Part shown: positions 35,828 through 48,309 of the stretch, in pieces
Position numbering within the stretch: the stretch's first letter is position 1
Layout of the letters: each line of letters begins with the position of its first letter
Assembly (NCBI GenBank): GCA_028534125.1
Contig: CM052818.1
Coordinates: 6,326,001 to 6,390,000 of the forward strand
Source of the DNA: Lama glama
Taxonomy: Eukaryota
Direction: 5' to 3'
DNA length: 64,000 nucleotides
Notes under the pieces: model-generated
Told to the model about the DNA's origin: nothing
Seen by the model: only the letters and a program-made list of their open reading frames with translations
The model's database searches: none
Made by a program: the position numbers and the translations under genes

Positions 35828-36286
35828 AGTACTCATTTCCGGGGGCCACTATAATGAAGTACCACAGGCTAGGTGCCTTAAAACAACAGAAACTTACTCT
35901 CTCAACGTTCTGGAGGCTAGAAATCTCGTCAAGGTGTTGGCAGAGCCATATTCCTTCTGAAGGCTCTAAGAAAAAATCTTTCTTTGCCTCTTCCATCTTC
36001 AGATGGTTGCCAGCCATCCCTGTTGCTCCTTGACTTCCAGACACATCATTCCAAACTTCACCTCTGTCTTCACATAGCCTAATTCCCTGTGTGTCTGTAT
36101 CTCTGTGTCCAAATTTCCTTCTTCTTATTAAGACACCGGGCAGACTGGATAGAGGGCTCACCCTAATGAAATATGACCTCATCTTAACTTGAGTATATCT
36201 GCAAGGACCCTATTTCCATGTAAGGTCACATTCACAGATTCCAGGTAGACATGAATTTGGGGGGCAGCACTCTTCAACCCAGCACA
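35828..36286 (-). mobile_element. MLT1 (B/C-like) solo LTR, near full length
   Basis: 'aagtaccacaggctaggtgccttaaaacaacagaaactta...ttctggaggctagaa...tatgacctcatcttaact...ctgcaaggaccctatttcca...taaggtcacattcacag...ttcaacccagcaca'. Confidence 0.9.
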
Positions 36287-36517
36287 GGAAGAGAGCTAAT
36301 GAGTAGAGAGACAGCAGCTACCTGGTAGGATATGACTTGAAAGGTTTCAAGACGAGAAGCCTCTCTCCCAGCCATAAAAAGTATGCTGCAGTGCCTAAAT
36401 TCCACCATTAGAAAGAGTTTCCTTTTGTTCTCAATGCCTCTCTAGTGCCAAATAAAATAAAAGCAAAGGTGATAGTGTTGCAAACATTGTCTGGAGGAAC
36501 AGCACTCGTAAATCATT

Positions 36518-36615
36518 ATCACCTCACACTCGGGTGGAACGATGCGTCTAGAAGTCAAAGAGCAACAGGGATGGCTGGCAACCATCAGAAGATGCAACCA
36601 TCATCTCACACTCGG
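36518..36615 (+). repeat. 60-bp inverted copy of the adjacent MLT1, flanked by 16-bp direct repeats
   Basis: 36535-36594 is the reverse complement of 35994-36053 (55/60 identical); flanks atcacctcacactcgg (36518-36533) and atcatctcacactcgg (36600-36615). Confidence 0.9.
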
Positions 36616-38489
36616 CTGCTTTTTAAGCATGACAGCCAGCAGAGGCAAGGTTCTGTCGGAGTGGAGCCTGGGATCTGTGACTGGAAGGGAGCAGGTGGCA
36701 CCAGAACCCAAGCAGCAAGGCACCAAGGACGTACATGGCTTTAGCACCCACTTGGGGAAACGGCCATGTCTCAGGGAGCCCAGAGCACCAGAGCCCAGCC
36801 CCGCATTGAAGGGACAAGAAGGGAGCAGAGGTCACATTCATGCCAGTTCACATTCACTGAGCATCTACTATACACCAGAAGGTGTGCTTGGCGCTTCTAG
36901 ACGCATCTCATGCGGCCCTCAGAGTGAATAACCTTTCATCTTCCAATGCATGGATGAGAAAACTACAACTCCAGGGAGTTAGGCCGCCTGGATAAGGTTG
37001 GGAAATAAGCAATAATGACCACATTCACCCAGGTGCTGATGTCTTCTGCCACTTCACAGAGGAGAGAAGAGGCAACAGAATCCAAGATTTCTGGGCTCAC
37101 TTCCGCTGGGAGCTGGTCCAGCTTCAAGCTCCCTCACCGTACACTCAGGTTGTTCTTCTTAACTTCTGCTTTTAAATTGGCAGCCGTTTTCTATTGTGTT
37201 TCCAATGTGCCTCTGTGTGGATCTTGGAGAGAGGGAGACAGAGAATATATGGGTCAATATAAGCAGACTCTTAAAAGCTTATACTTTATCATTGTAATAA
37301 TCATAATATATTTTATTTTACAGCCACTCATAACTGAAGCCTCTAGGCACCCTAACAAAAATAGCTAAAAGAAAAAAGGAAATTATATTAAACAAAGGAA
37401 ATATGACTATAAAACCCCAATAGCCAGGGAACTAAATGAACAACATAAAACCTCCACACAACAAAACTACAGTGAAACCAAGGGGGGAAAGAAACCTTTT
37501 CACAAGCTTTACCCTGAAGGATTCCATGCTGTGAGATCACATCTGTTTAAAGCACCATAATTTATCGATACGACATCAAACCAGGAGCCAGCCCTTGTAA
37601 ACCTTTCCCGCAGAAACTCTCAGAAAACTAACCAGGTGGTTGATGGGGGGGCCTTGGGGGGAGGGTCTGTAGCATGTAGATGGGGCAACAATGGCTTTAA
37701 AATTTTATGTTCAGATACATCTATGTGAAGTTCCAAATCTTGGTACTGAGATGCAAAAACTAGTTCATTCTATAGGTAAGCAGAATTTACCAAAAGGACT
37801 TTTTTTAAACAAGAATTTTTTTTTTTCCTGAGATAGTTCATCCATTAGAACTCACCGATGGCTTCTCAAACTGCTGCATTAAATGGACCGTTTTCAAGCA
37901 TGGATCCTTTAGGATGAGCCGCGGAGTCCCAAGCACTATGAGAGTCTTCCGGGGAGGATAAAGGCCTTTTCATTTATAAAACAACTGAGTTACTGAGCCT
38001 ATCTCCCATTCTGATGTTGGAGGCATTTAAAAAACTGAAGCTCCTGCTGACACGTGATCCTGCCAGACACATTTCAACCACTGCGATTGCCATATTTGTG
38101 AGGGCAATATTTCCCCAAACAATGGCTTCCCACATCTCTCCTATACATTTTCCTATTTAACATGGGAAGTAGAACCCACGGGGAAATGTCTCTAAAAGAT
38201 CTGTAGGATTAGGCTAGCCCAAGGGTTGACAAACTCTTTGGTTGGCTAAATGAAATAAAATATTAAAATGGTGAAAGACACCTTGGTACCTAGGGAAAAT
38301 GTTTTCCAAAATATTTGTCCATCCTGGAGTAGCTTCTAGGTTGGAATAGATCTGGCCCCATGAATGAGAACACTCACAGCAGAAAAGTGAACCGAGAGCC
38401 CAGTGAAACTTCAAGAGTAAAGCAGGGGAGAGAGAAGGGCAGACAGGGCAGCGGAAGGTGGCATCACTGGGAAAACTAATGATACAGCA

Positions 38490-38620
38490 GGATCCACACG
38501 TGTTGGCGAATCAGCCCAATCTGGGTTCTCACCCAGGCCCCAGTGCTTAGTAGCTGGGTGACCTTGGAGAAGGCACTTAACTTCTCTGGGCTTTCACTTT
38601 CTCATCTATAAAACGAAGAG
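38490..38620 (+). mobile_element. MIR SINE fragment
   Basis: 'gcttagtagctgggtgaccttggagaaggcacttaacttctctgggctttcactttctcatctataaaa'. Confidence 0.75.
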
Positions 38621-41600
38621 AAATTGCTAAGCAAATGCTGCTCTTTTTATGATGGAAGCCCTTGAAGTTCTTCAAAGGAATAACCCAGGTCTCCTGGCTA
38701 GCTCTCAGATACATTATTCAATTCAAAGAGCAGGCTGTGAATTGGTACACATAGAATAATAATATTAACGTTTGGAAAAAGAAGCCTCTGAAAGAACCCT
38801 GATGAGGCCCACGGACACATATGGGAGACTATGGAAGAGTACAGAGCAAAGCACACAGGCCAAGACGTGAGGGGCTCTCCTCTGGGAGCAGCCTTGGATT
38901 GAGACAGGGTGAGTGAGTGGGAGCCTTATTACCTAAATATTTCATAAGAGACTTTCGTTATGTATTGCTGATGCATGAGAAAAGAACACTTTTATTTATG
39001 TAGCCAATAAAAACTACCTTCTACTTATTTCAGGGACTACAGTCATTCTAGAAGAGTCCATGCCAGTCAATAAACGGGAGCAGGTGTGAAGATGAGGCCA
39101 AAACATAGAGGACCCAGGGTTCTATGCAGGGTGACGCTGAGTGGGATTGCCCTTAGTGAGCTGCAAATTGAAAACACTGGCCCCAAACCTATTTGGAAAT
39201 AGACCATGTGAGGCAGTGATCTGCAAAGTGGATTTGCAGCTGGGACTGAGGAAGTTCTGTAATGGCTTGAAAACCTGGATGGGTTCCCTGTGCCCCAACA
39301 TGTCAACCAGTGGGCCACCAGCCCTGCCTTCCCTCATGTACCTGCCAGGTACGGGGCATGCATAGCATGGCTGACATCCCCGCCCCCACCAATATGAATC
39401 AGCACCCATGGCCTTTGGTACTTTCTCACTTGGAAATGTGGATTCTAAGTAAGACTGATGCTGATCTGGGAGATCTTGCTCTTCAGCGCTGCTCAGCTTA
39501 AGCACAAAGAGCCTCTGTGGGTCTTCCTGGAAAGACGTGTTCTCCTTGTACGCGCCAGAGGTGAAGGTATCTCTAGTACACAAAGAGAAGAGAAAATGAA
39601 ACCACCTCTCACAGCCTGCAATTAACTGGTGACCAGAATGTACTTCTTAATTTTAGATGTAGAGTAGGAATCAAAACAGAATTTTATTTCCAAGTAGGTT
39701 ACCCATGGTTTCAACAGACTCCTATTTAGATTGGCCAGTCAAAGCAGGAAGGCTGTAGGTAGATGAGTGATCGTTTGGAATTTGCACCAAAATGACTGTG
39801 ATGCTTTCTTCCATGAACAACTTTAAGAAATACACTCCACATAAATAACAGGATAATTCCTCCATGTTGAGCGAAGGGAAGGAGAAAGACTACCAAGCTC
39901 TAAAATGCAAGAATATCAGGAGGAAGGGAAGATTTTCCTTCTTTGTTCAGCACATTTTGCACAAGTCAGATCCCAGATAAAGCCTCCGGTTGGGAGGAGG
40001 AGCTAATGGGTGGGCAGATGGCCTGGTGGCCTGCGTGAGTGGCTGGCTGTTCACTTGCTCCAGGAGTCAGGCTCCACACACAAAGCTTATTTTAAAAGAG
40101 GGATAAAAAAGGAGGAATTTGAACCAAATTAAATATCAACTCACTTGGGAAAAAAATTTTATGCTGCCTTTTTTTATTTGGACTGTATAATCAAAAAAAA
40201 TAGAGTCAGTGTCTATTCAATCTAGTAGGCATCATTCAGAAAAAGTTTGAGATCAATTTATGGGTATGTGTGTCTGTGTTTTAAATCAACATTTGGGTTT
40301 AGCAAATGAATGCAGGTTTGCCTGTTTCCTGGTGTATGGATCAGTTGCAGATCTGTTTTTAAGCACCAAGCTATTGCAGGATTATTATTTTTAGAATTCA
40401 TATTCCTTCTTAATCCCCTAATCCGTTTGGAGGAAATGTCCAGGATGTCAACCCGAACACACAAGAAAACCTCAATGAAGCAGCAAGAGAAAAATACAAA
40501 ACAATAGACAAACAACCATGGGATATATTGTTCAGCTTTTGTTGAGCTTGAAATGTGCCAAGTTGGAAATAGGGGAGCGAGGTTTGTGATATTCCACTGG
40601 AACATATTGTCACTGTTATAACCAGCCCACGTTCACCGGAGCTGCCAATTATTCCCCAGCCACCATTTTTTTCCTTTAGATTGATCTCCTGCTTGAGGCT
40701 GTTTCACACCCATGACTCTGAAGCTTCCCTAGTGGCATGTTGGCTAATTAAGAGCAAAATCCATCTCTTGATGAAATAATGCTGCCACTGAAAAGGAATT
40801 CTACATTTTTTTTAATTCTTAATCAGGCTGGAAGGAGCGGTATTCTAACACTTGTATTAAGCATAGGGAAAGGTCTATAGCTAGCAATTAGCAATCATGA
40901 AAAGGACAGCGATTTAAAGCATGTTGCAGTGACATTTTTATCAAATTAAATGAGTTTGCTAGGGCCACCAGCTGCATATGCTTATTGTCATTTACTGTTT
41001 GGACAGCAACACATCAGCTACTGAGTATCAGGAGGTGCTGAATTTAATAAGTCATTCTGACACTGGTGTGAAACGAGCAGATCAGCATTCTGGGGAATGT
41101 GTTCACACTCCAAACAGACAGGCAGACATCCTGAGCATCCAAGGTGACACCAATCAACAGGAAGAAATGATGAAAGCCAGGCCAGGAAGCAGGCAGCCCT
41201 GGTGGCAGCGGCAGGAGCCACAAAGACACACCCCTGTGAGAAGAGAAACAGATACACACGCACACGCACACGCCAAACCTACTGTTCTGGGGTTTAGCTA
41301 AACAGAGCATCTAAAAAAGCAAAAATGTTTTCAGAAACCCTGGGATGTGTACCCATGCTAGGCTGTGAATTTTCATTTATAATTTAAAAACCTACCCGGT
41401 TCCCCTATACCAATCACTAGAAGAAGCTGATAGATATTCAGTTTTTTTTTTTTTTGGTCCCTCATGTTTGAAATCCCATTCAAAAAAAATTTTTTTTCTC
41501 TGTGTGCTGGGAAAATAAAAGTTTTGGTTTTTCCTTTCTACCTAATACGTTTGCTCTAAACTGACTGTCTAGCTAGAGTAGGAGGAGGCAGTGTTACTTG

Positions 41601-41857
41601 GTTTTGATTTATGGTCGGTTGAAGGCATATGCTGCGTTCAAAACTGCTTGGAATATGAGATGTGGAAGGACATTCTGACAATCCCAGGGGCTATTTATGT
41701 CGAGGGAGAGATCTGATACCAATGTCTTAACCATGTACCTGGCATGAGAGTTAAAACACACTAGAAAGTCGCTTGCCAATTATCCCTTAAAACATGCAGG
41801 TGTAATTGACAGCCTAACAAAGGTGACTTGTAATTAGTTCACGGCTTCAGAAGTTTC

Positions 41858-41876
41858 TAATGCCATCTAGTGGAAA
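41858..41876 (-). promoter_or_regulatory. Candidate CTCF site
   Basis: TGCCATCTAGTGG at 41861-41873 (reverse CCACTAGATGGCA), a common CTCF core variant, in non-repeat sequence. Motif match only. Confidence 0.4.
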
Positions 41877-42508
41877 TGCTCAAGTGTAAATTTGATCACT
41901 TACACATCAAAAGGGAGCCTAAAAGCCCATATAATACGTCATGTATGCTGTCACATACTCAGAAAAACTCAACACCACAGTCCAATCTCAAATATATCTC
42001 AAAAAAAATTGCTACAGTGCTTTCACATGACTAGAACACACCTTGAAAAATGTGACTTGCCAAGAATACCCTTGGACACTTGTCTACCACAGTGAAATGA
42101 TTATTAGCACCATCCTACACCATGTCCACGCCTATAAAGTCATTTTCCTCATCACTGTTTTCTCTCTCTTATCTTGCAAACTCTAGAATCTAGAGCTGGA
42201 CTATGACAGATTTTTTTTTACTATTATTTTGCAAGCATAGTGAATTCAGTAAAACCTGACCTACCTTTCACTGATTTTAATCTAAAAAATAGTACAAAAG
42301 AAACTATATTTTGCTAGTTTAATCCTAGAAGCTGTTCGATTTTCAGTGACCTCTTCATAGAATTTCCTCCAGTGGAATTCTATAATGAAATTCTGAACAG
42401 GAAGAATGGCATTGGGGATTTTGTGCTTCCTTCCAAGATGGTCACCAAACCATGGTCACCATAGCCATGGGGTTGTGACACAGAAATCAAAAGGTGCTTC
42501 ACATAATT

Positions 42509-42631
42509 GAGAAGAAAGGAAAGAAAGGAAGGGAAGGAAGGAAAGAAGGAAGGAAGAGAAAAGGAAGAAAGGAAAGGAAAGGAAAGGAAAGGAAAGGAAA
42601 GGAAAGGAGGAAGGAAGGAAGGAAGGAAGGA

Positions 42632-42679
<48 letters not shown>

Positions 42680-42820
42680 AGAAAGAAAGAAGGAAAGAAA
42701 GAAAAAGAAAGGGAGAGAGAAAGAAAAGGAAGGAAGGAAAGAAGGAAGGAAGGAAGGGAAGGGAGAGGAAGGGAGGGGAAGGGTAGGGAAGGGAAGGCAA
42801 GGGAAGGAGAAAGAAAGAAA
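42509..42820. repeat. ~310-bp polypurine tract (GAAA/GGAA/GGAAA/GGGAA mosaic)
   Basis: Only two pyrimidines on the + strand (42784, 42798); includes (GGAAA)n and (GAAA)n runs. Confidence 0.95.
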
Positions 42821-43464
42821 TAAAACCATATTTCACCTTGTATATGAAGACACATAGGTAAATAGTCTACATATGTCACTTTCCTCTGTATCACTTCTCA
42901 AAAACAGTCCCCTCCAGGAGCATGGTTATGATAAAAGAAATCACTGGAACCCTGAATTCTAGTACAAATTAACGTGAAACTCAGAGCTACTTAATTTCTC
43001 TTCTCCCCACTTCAATTTCCTTATCTATCAAAAGAAGAAGTTGGAGTTGAATTCAACTGAAAAGCCCTTTATTCTTTAAAACTGTAGCTTAGAATTTCAA
43101 GTCCAAAACTCAGGTCTTCTGTCTCATTGTAATAATTTTATTTAAAGGTATCAATTTCATCACAGCTATTTTACTTAAAATAACTATTTTTATTAAAATC
43201 ACTTCATTAGTTTGAGTCTTACAGTGAATTTCAGTGTTTGGACCACCAGCAATTTTAAAAGCAATTTATTTGTAAGAAGAGAGAGCTACAGTTTAAACAA
43301 ATGCTATGTTTAAAAAATTAAAAATAGGAAGTATGTATTTTCTACATAAACCTATCTTAGCATTATTATGCTGAGTAAAATATATTTTATTTTAGTTTAC
43401 TTGTAAAATAAAGTATATTTTTTAAGTAGGAAAGAAATACATAGTCATCTTACATGTAAAACCT

Positions 43465-43590
43465 GAAAAGCAAGAAAGCAAGAAGGAAGGAAGGAAGGAA
43501 GAAAGGAAGAAAAAAAAGAAAAGAAAAAAGGAAAGGAAAGGAAGGAAAGAGAAAGGAAAGGAAAGGGAAGGGAAGGGAGGAAAGAAAGGA

Positions 43591-43653
<63 letters not shown>
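43465..43653. repeat. Second polypurine/(GAAA)n tract running into a gap
   Basis: Seen directly; ends in pure (GAAA)n at the gap edge. Confidence 0.95.
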
Positions 43654-43753
43654 NNNNNNNNNNNNNNNNNNNNNNNNNNNNNNNNNNNNNNNNNNNNNNN
43701 NNNNNNNNNNNNNNNNNNNNNNNNNNNNNNNNNNNNNNNNNNNNNNNNNNNNN
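43654..43753. other. Assembly gap (100 N)
   Basis: Exactly 100 Ns, usually a placeholder of unknown true size. Confidence 0.99.
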
Positions 43754-45204
43754 TGTTTAAATATACAAATACATAAAGAAAATTAAAATCCCCAGAATCT
43801 CCCCACCCAGACATATCCTCATTTACTATTTTATTTCTTTAAAGTTCTTTTTCCATGCATAATTTAACACAGTTAAGATTATATTACATATTCTGATTTT
43901 AAGTACAATTAACCCAAGAAGAGTCATTCACAAATCCTAGTTGGAAGATGTTACAAAGAGGGTCTTAATCACAGATTATATCTGCCACTAGTAGTTTATT
44001 CATTTTTCATAATTACAGAAAAAAAAACCCTATACACTCAGGTCATTCAAAATGAATTCTAAGAAGCAGAAAATTATTACTCAAGTTACTTGTCAGTGCA
44101 TGGCGTTATACTGCTGAATAGAAATCAGTTTCAGGAGAGGGAGAAAAAACGGCTTTCTGGGCTTAGTAATTCTGCAAATACAATGTCACTGTCATTTAAT
44201 TATTGCAGTCTTTATTTTGGACTAGAAAAGAAGTGAGTTTTGTTGTGTTTTAAGTAGCAGGAGATTCCATCTGAACTGTGAGGGAAAGAATAATGCCCCC
44301 AAAACACATTTCCTGATATTGAAAAAATAGCAAAAACAGTAACAGCGATTAATGGAAACTTTATAGACCCTAGCATCTTTCAGGTTATAAATCCATTTGG
44401 CAATATCTAATATAATTAGATCCCTAAAAAAAATTAGATTCCTGATCGTGGAATCTATGCAGAATAAGAAGGTATTTATAAATCTTTTTATATCATGGCT
44501 TCCTCATTCCCTTATCCTTCATTCTTTGACTGGCTGGAGTAAAACTTTAAGTCATTCTTCAAGTTGTTTACAACTGGGCATCCTACAGAATTGTTAATAC
44601 CATTGTCACAAATTTAAATTCTTGGGTTGCAATGTTCCCTCATTCTCACCTTGAGAGGTGTGGGCTGCCACGGTCCTGTGGCCTCCATTCCATTCCATTC
44701 CACAGGGAGAACTCGGAAACCAACCTGATTTCTGTTTCTTGGTAGACTGTTTTTGAACCTGGATGCTTAAGGACCTTTTCCTTAGCCTTCTAACTCAGAA
44801 GGCCTGGGAGACGCCTAGGAGTCAGCCTCTGCAGGGGTCTTACCAAGACCACTGTGAGTTCTTTCAAGTCTTCTTTGCCTCAGGATGCTTCTTCTTCCTG
44901 TGGTATCTCTGATTACCACTTTCGTACGGTTCAGAGGGTGGTCTCTTCCTCAAGAACAGCTGTCACTTCGCTGCCTTCTTTCCTCCCGACCCTGTATCTA
45001 TCCATTCCCCGATTTAAATCTTTGTCTTTTCTTCTCCGTTTTCAGAGAAAAGTTTCACTTTCCCCAGGATGTGTTCTACACCGCATACATACTCTGTTAC
45101 AATTCTCATCTCCAACTCACGTCTAATTTCATTATTTTATTCATTTTTTTCATTCTTCCCTGTTGCCTTTTTGGGGTAGTGCCAATGAAAATATCTTTAA
45201 CTTT

Positions 45205-45545
45205 AAAAATGTTCTATTATCCAAAATTTTCCCTTTATAAAAAAAATTGTATGTAGAAAGATGCAAATAATAGCAAATACTTATGATTATCACCTGTAGT
45301 AAATGTTAATAGTTTATCATATATGCTTCAGATTTTTTCCACAAATATCCCAAATGAAGTGCAAACCTCTGCAGCCCCCTAGATATAATCACTGTTTTGA
45401 ATTCACTGTGAATCTAGTTCACATTTCCATACTTTCACTACTTACAGATGTATCCATAAGTAAACTGCAGTGGACTGTGTTTATTAAATGCCTATATACT
45501 GCATCACACTAAAAATGGTATACGTTACAACTTTGTTTTTTCTAA
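45205..45545 (-). mobile_element. Ancient L1 (L1ME-type) 3' end
   Basis: 'attatccaaaattttc...gtagaaagatgcaaataatagc', 'cccctagatataatcactgttttgaattc', 'aaaaatggtatacg'; degenerate. Confidence 0.45.
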
Positions 45546-45554
45546 ATATTGTGG

Positions 45555-45815
45555 TCTATGCAGAGGCCACACGCGGGTGTTCCAGCTGAGACAGCATCCC
45601 ACAGCCAGAATCCACTGCCACACATGGGAGTACGTGAGCCTTCACGTGGTCCCACCCCCGGTCTTTAAGCCACTCCAGCTGACGCCACAGCGAGCAGAGA
45701 TGTCCACACTGAGCCCTACCCAAATGGCAGATTTGTGAGCAAAATAAATGGGGCCATGGTCTTAAGCCACTAAGTTTTGGGGGTAATTTGTTATGCAGCC
45801 AGAGTAACCTGACTA
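45555..45815 (+). mobile_element. MLT1 (F/G-like) LTR 3' part
   Basis: 'cactgagccctacccaaatggcagatttgtgagcaaaataaatg...ttaagccactaagttttgggggtaatttgttatgcagccagagtaac'. Confidence 0.8.
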
Positions 45816-47639
45816 GCTTCTTTCTGTTCCCTGTTCTGGTTCCCCGACTTCCTTACCTGTTGTTTTAGGAGGACTGCATTAATAAATGATCGGCATATAA
45901 GTCCAAGAGACTGGGACAGAGTTATGAATAATCTACACCAAAGAAGAAATGTGCAACCCCCCTTAAAGGGAAAGCCCTGCTGTCGTTAAAACTCAATGAG
46001 ATGCTATTTCTGTGGAACCAGCCATTGTGTAAAGAAAGCAATTTAACTAAAAACTAAACGGCAGGGGAAAGGAATTAAATTTGCTCTCTGAACTCTTTTC
46101 TGAGTAACCACATTAATGGGGGAGATGGAGAACTGAGATGTATCTAGATTCAGTGCTATAGCAAAGAGGGGTGTTTTGTAAAGTCCTATCTTACAAAGGC
46201 AGTGTTTTGAACTTTCCCCTTAAACAATCCCCAGGAAACATTCTCCCTCTCAGATGGGAAAAGGGGGGGGGGCAAATTCCATGGCTCTCCTAATCTTGGC
46301 TCTGTAGGGAAACTGCCAGAGTCCCTGTGAACAGGTGTCCTGCCAAACAGCTGGATAGCAAGAGCTGGGAGTAGGGTGAACAGCAGTCCTGAAACCACCC
46401 GCTGGAGGAAGAGCTGTTGCCAGCAAGTTACCTGTACGTCCAAAATCATGGAACCTTCTATAGAGAGTCTGCGGGGCAACAGAATGCCATCAGCTGATGA
46501 GAGTCTGCTCCTGATAATGGATCTTAAATTTCTCAGAAGTTTAGCCTCACAGACACACTACCTGCTGCTCCCACGTTAGAGTAGCTGATCCAGCCCATCT
46601 ACATACACTTCTCTTTTACTGCCAGTGCTTGACTCCAGCCCAGTAACCTCGGCATAGTGACAAAGAACCGGGGCACTTCATGGCAGGATTTCACATACTA
46701 GTTCTTCTGAATGGATGCCTCCTGCTCCGGTCTATTCCACAGCTGCTCCAGCATGGTTCATCTTCCCAAGTGATTTCAAGCTTGGCTAGTCCCAATTTCA
46801 GAGTTCCTCCCAATGTCATCCCTGTCAAAGACGCAGACTGCAAGTTCATAGACTGAATGTCATATCCTGTAGCAACAGCCACACAGCCACGGGCCTCTCT
46901 TGGCTCCCAGGTCCCTTGGGGATATTTCGAGATAATGAGCACCCTTGGAGCACTCTGAAATGAGCCCTAAAGAATATTCTAGGGTGGGATGGATTTAAAT
47001 TACTCTTCACCTTGGATCTTTATTTTCCTTGCAAGATTCCCCCCATCTCCCAACACACTGGACAATTTGTCCTTTCCCAGACTTAAGTTACCCAAACCAG
47101 CTGAAAAATAAAGCTAACCTAGAGACACCAGAGGCCTCACAAAGGACTGATCTATTTCCCCCCTGAACTCGATCTGGCCACCATCTCACGCCCAGGGAGA
47201 GAGCCTTACACTGACAGTCTGTTAAGAGGCTGAGCAAATTCTGGTGTACTGCCAACGACAATGTAACAGGACCTCTGGAAAACAAGGTCTCGGGTCATTA
47301 CCAGGATTGCCAAATCCTGTGAATCAAGAAAGCCCATCTCATCCCTGCTTTCAGTGGCCAAGAGAGAGAAGAGAATGTACCATGTGCAGCTGTAAGGTGC
47401 TATGAGGAAGATGCCAGAAGGCTCCCGCAAGGGCAACCACCTCCCATGGACCAGCCCTTAAGTCTTTAAGTTCTAGCAAACCTGAAGATGTTTTCAGAGA
47501 TTTGGCATTTGGTTTTTATTTCTTTTCTTTTATTTTAACCTTTTTTTTTCTTTTTCTTTTTAGCCTTGGTCTAAATATACATATTTCAAAGAGGCTACAT
47601 TTAATTTAATATGCAATAAACTGAATTACCATAGAACTT

Positions 47640-47897
47640 GGAGTTCATGGGAGAGTTCAGACTTGGGGTCAAGCAGCCTAGGTTTCAAATCACAGTTCCA
47701 TACCTTACTTACCAGTTTTGTGACCTTGGAGAAGTTAATGTAAACTCTCCAAGCTTCCATTTTCTCATATCAGAAAAAAAGGTATAATGATTGTGTCTTT
47801 CCACAGAATAATTATGAGGATTTCATAGTACACTGCCTGTAAAATATTTAGTTAAGCTCCTGACAAAGCATGCAGATTCAACTAATATTAACTATGT
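47640..47897 (+). mobile_element. MIR SINE
   Basis: 'gcctaggtttcaaatcacagttcca...ttaccagttttgtgaccttggagaagtt...attttctcat...tatgaggatt'. Confidence 0.75.
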
Positions 47898-48309
47898 GAA
47901 GAGAAATCCTACCAAACTTCATTAACTTCCTCTAATCTATTCACTCTTTGTCTGCAATATTCAGGATCACAAGTGGTCTCTAAAAAGTTGGGGCAGTCTA
48001 ACGGCATGAGATGGAATTCCATTTCAAAGGCACTAACGTGAGTATTAGGCACATACACAAAGAACTACCTGGATGATCCCTTGCAAGCACTCAGCCTCAA
48101 AGAGAGCAGGCTTCAGGCCAGTATGCATTTATGTGAAATTGAAAATCCACCCCACAATATGTGCCATGTTTTTCAGACCCAGAAGCTTCCTTATGTTAGA
48201 CAGTCTCAGTGTGGTGACATTATGCAAAATGGAATGAATAGGGTGAATTTTATTAATTGTAAGTTGCTTGGAATTCTTTCTACAGAGTTGCCCAAAGATA
48301 CAGAGAACT

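Noticed and set aside
42380..42894. Overlapping K/E/R/G-rich and F/L/S/P-rich ORFs
   Set aside because: Translations of the stop-free polypurine tract; same for 43422-43814, which also spans Ns.
46425..46480. 37-nt minus-strand exon-like segment (cag|ACTCTCTATAGAAGG...ACAG|gtaact) giving TLYRRFHDFGRT, faintly PX-domain-like
   Set aside because: Too short, similarity superficial, and no partner exons found.
46690..46890. Minus-strand exon-like open frame (GYDIQSMNLQSASLTG...)
   Set aside because: Weak pyrimidine tract, weak donor and unrecognised peptide.
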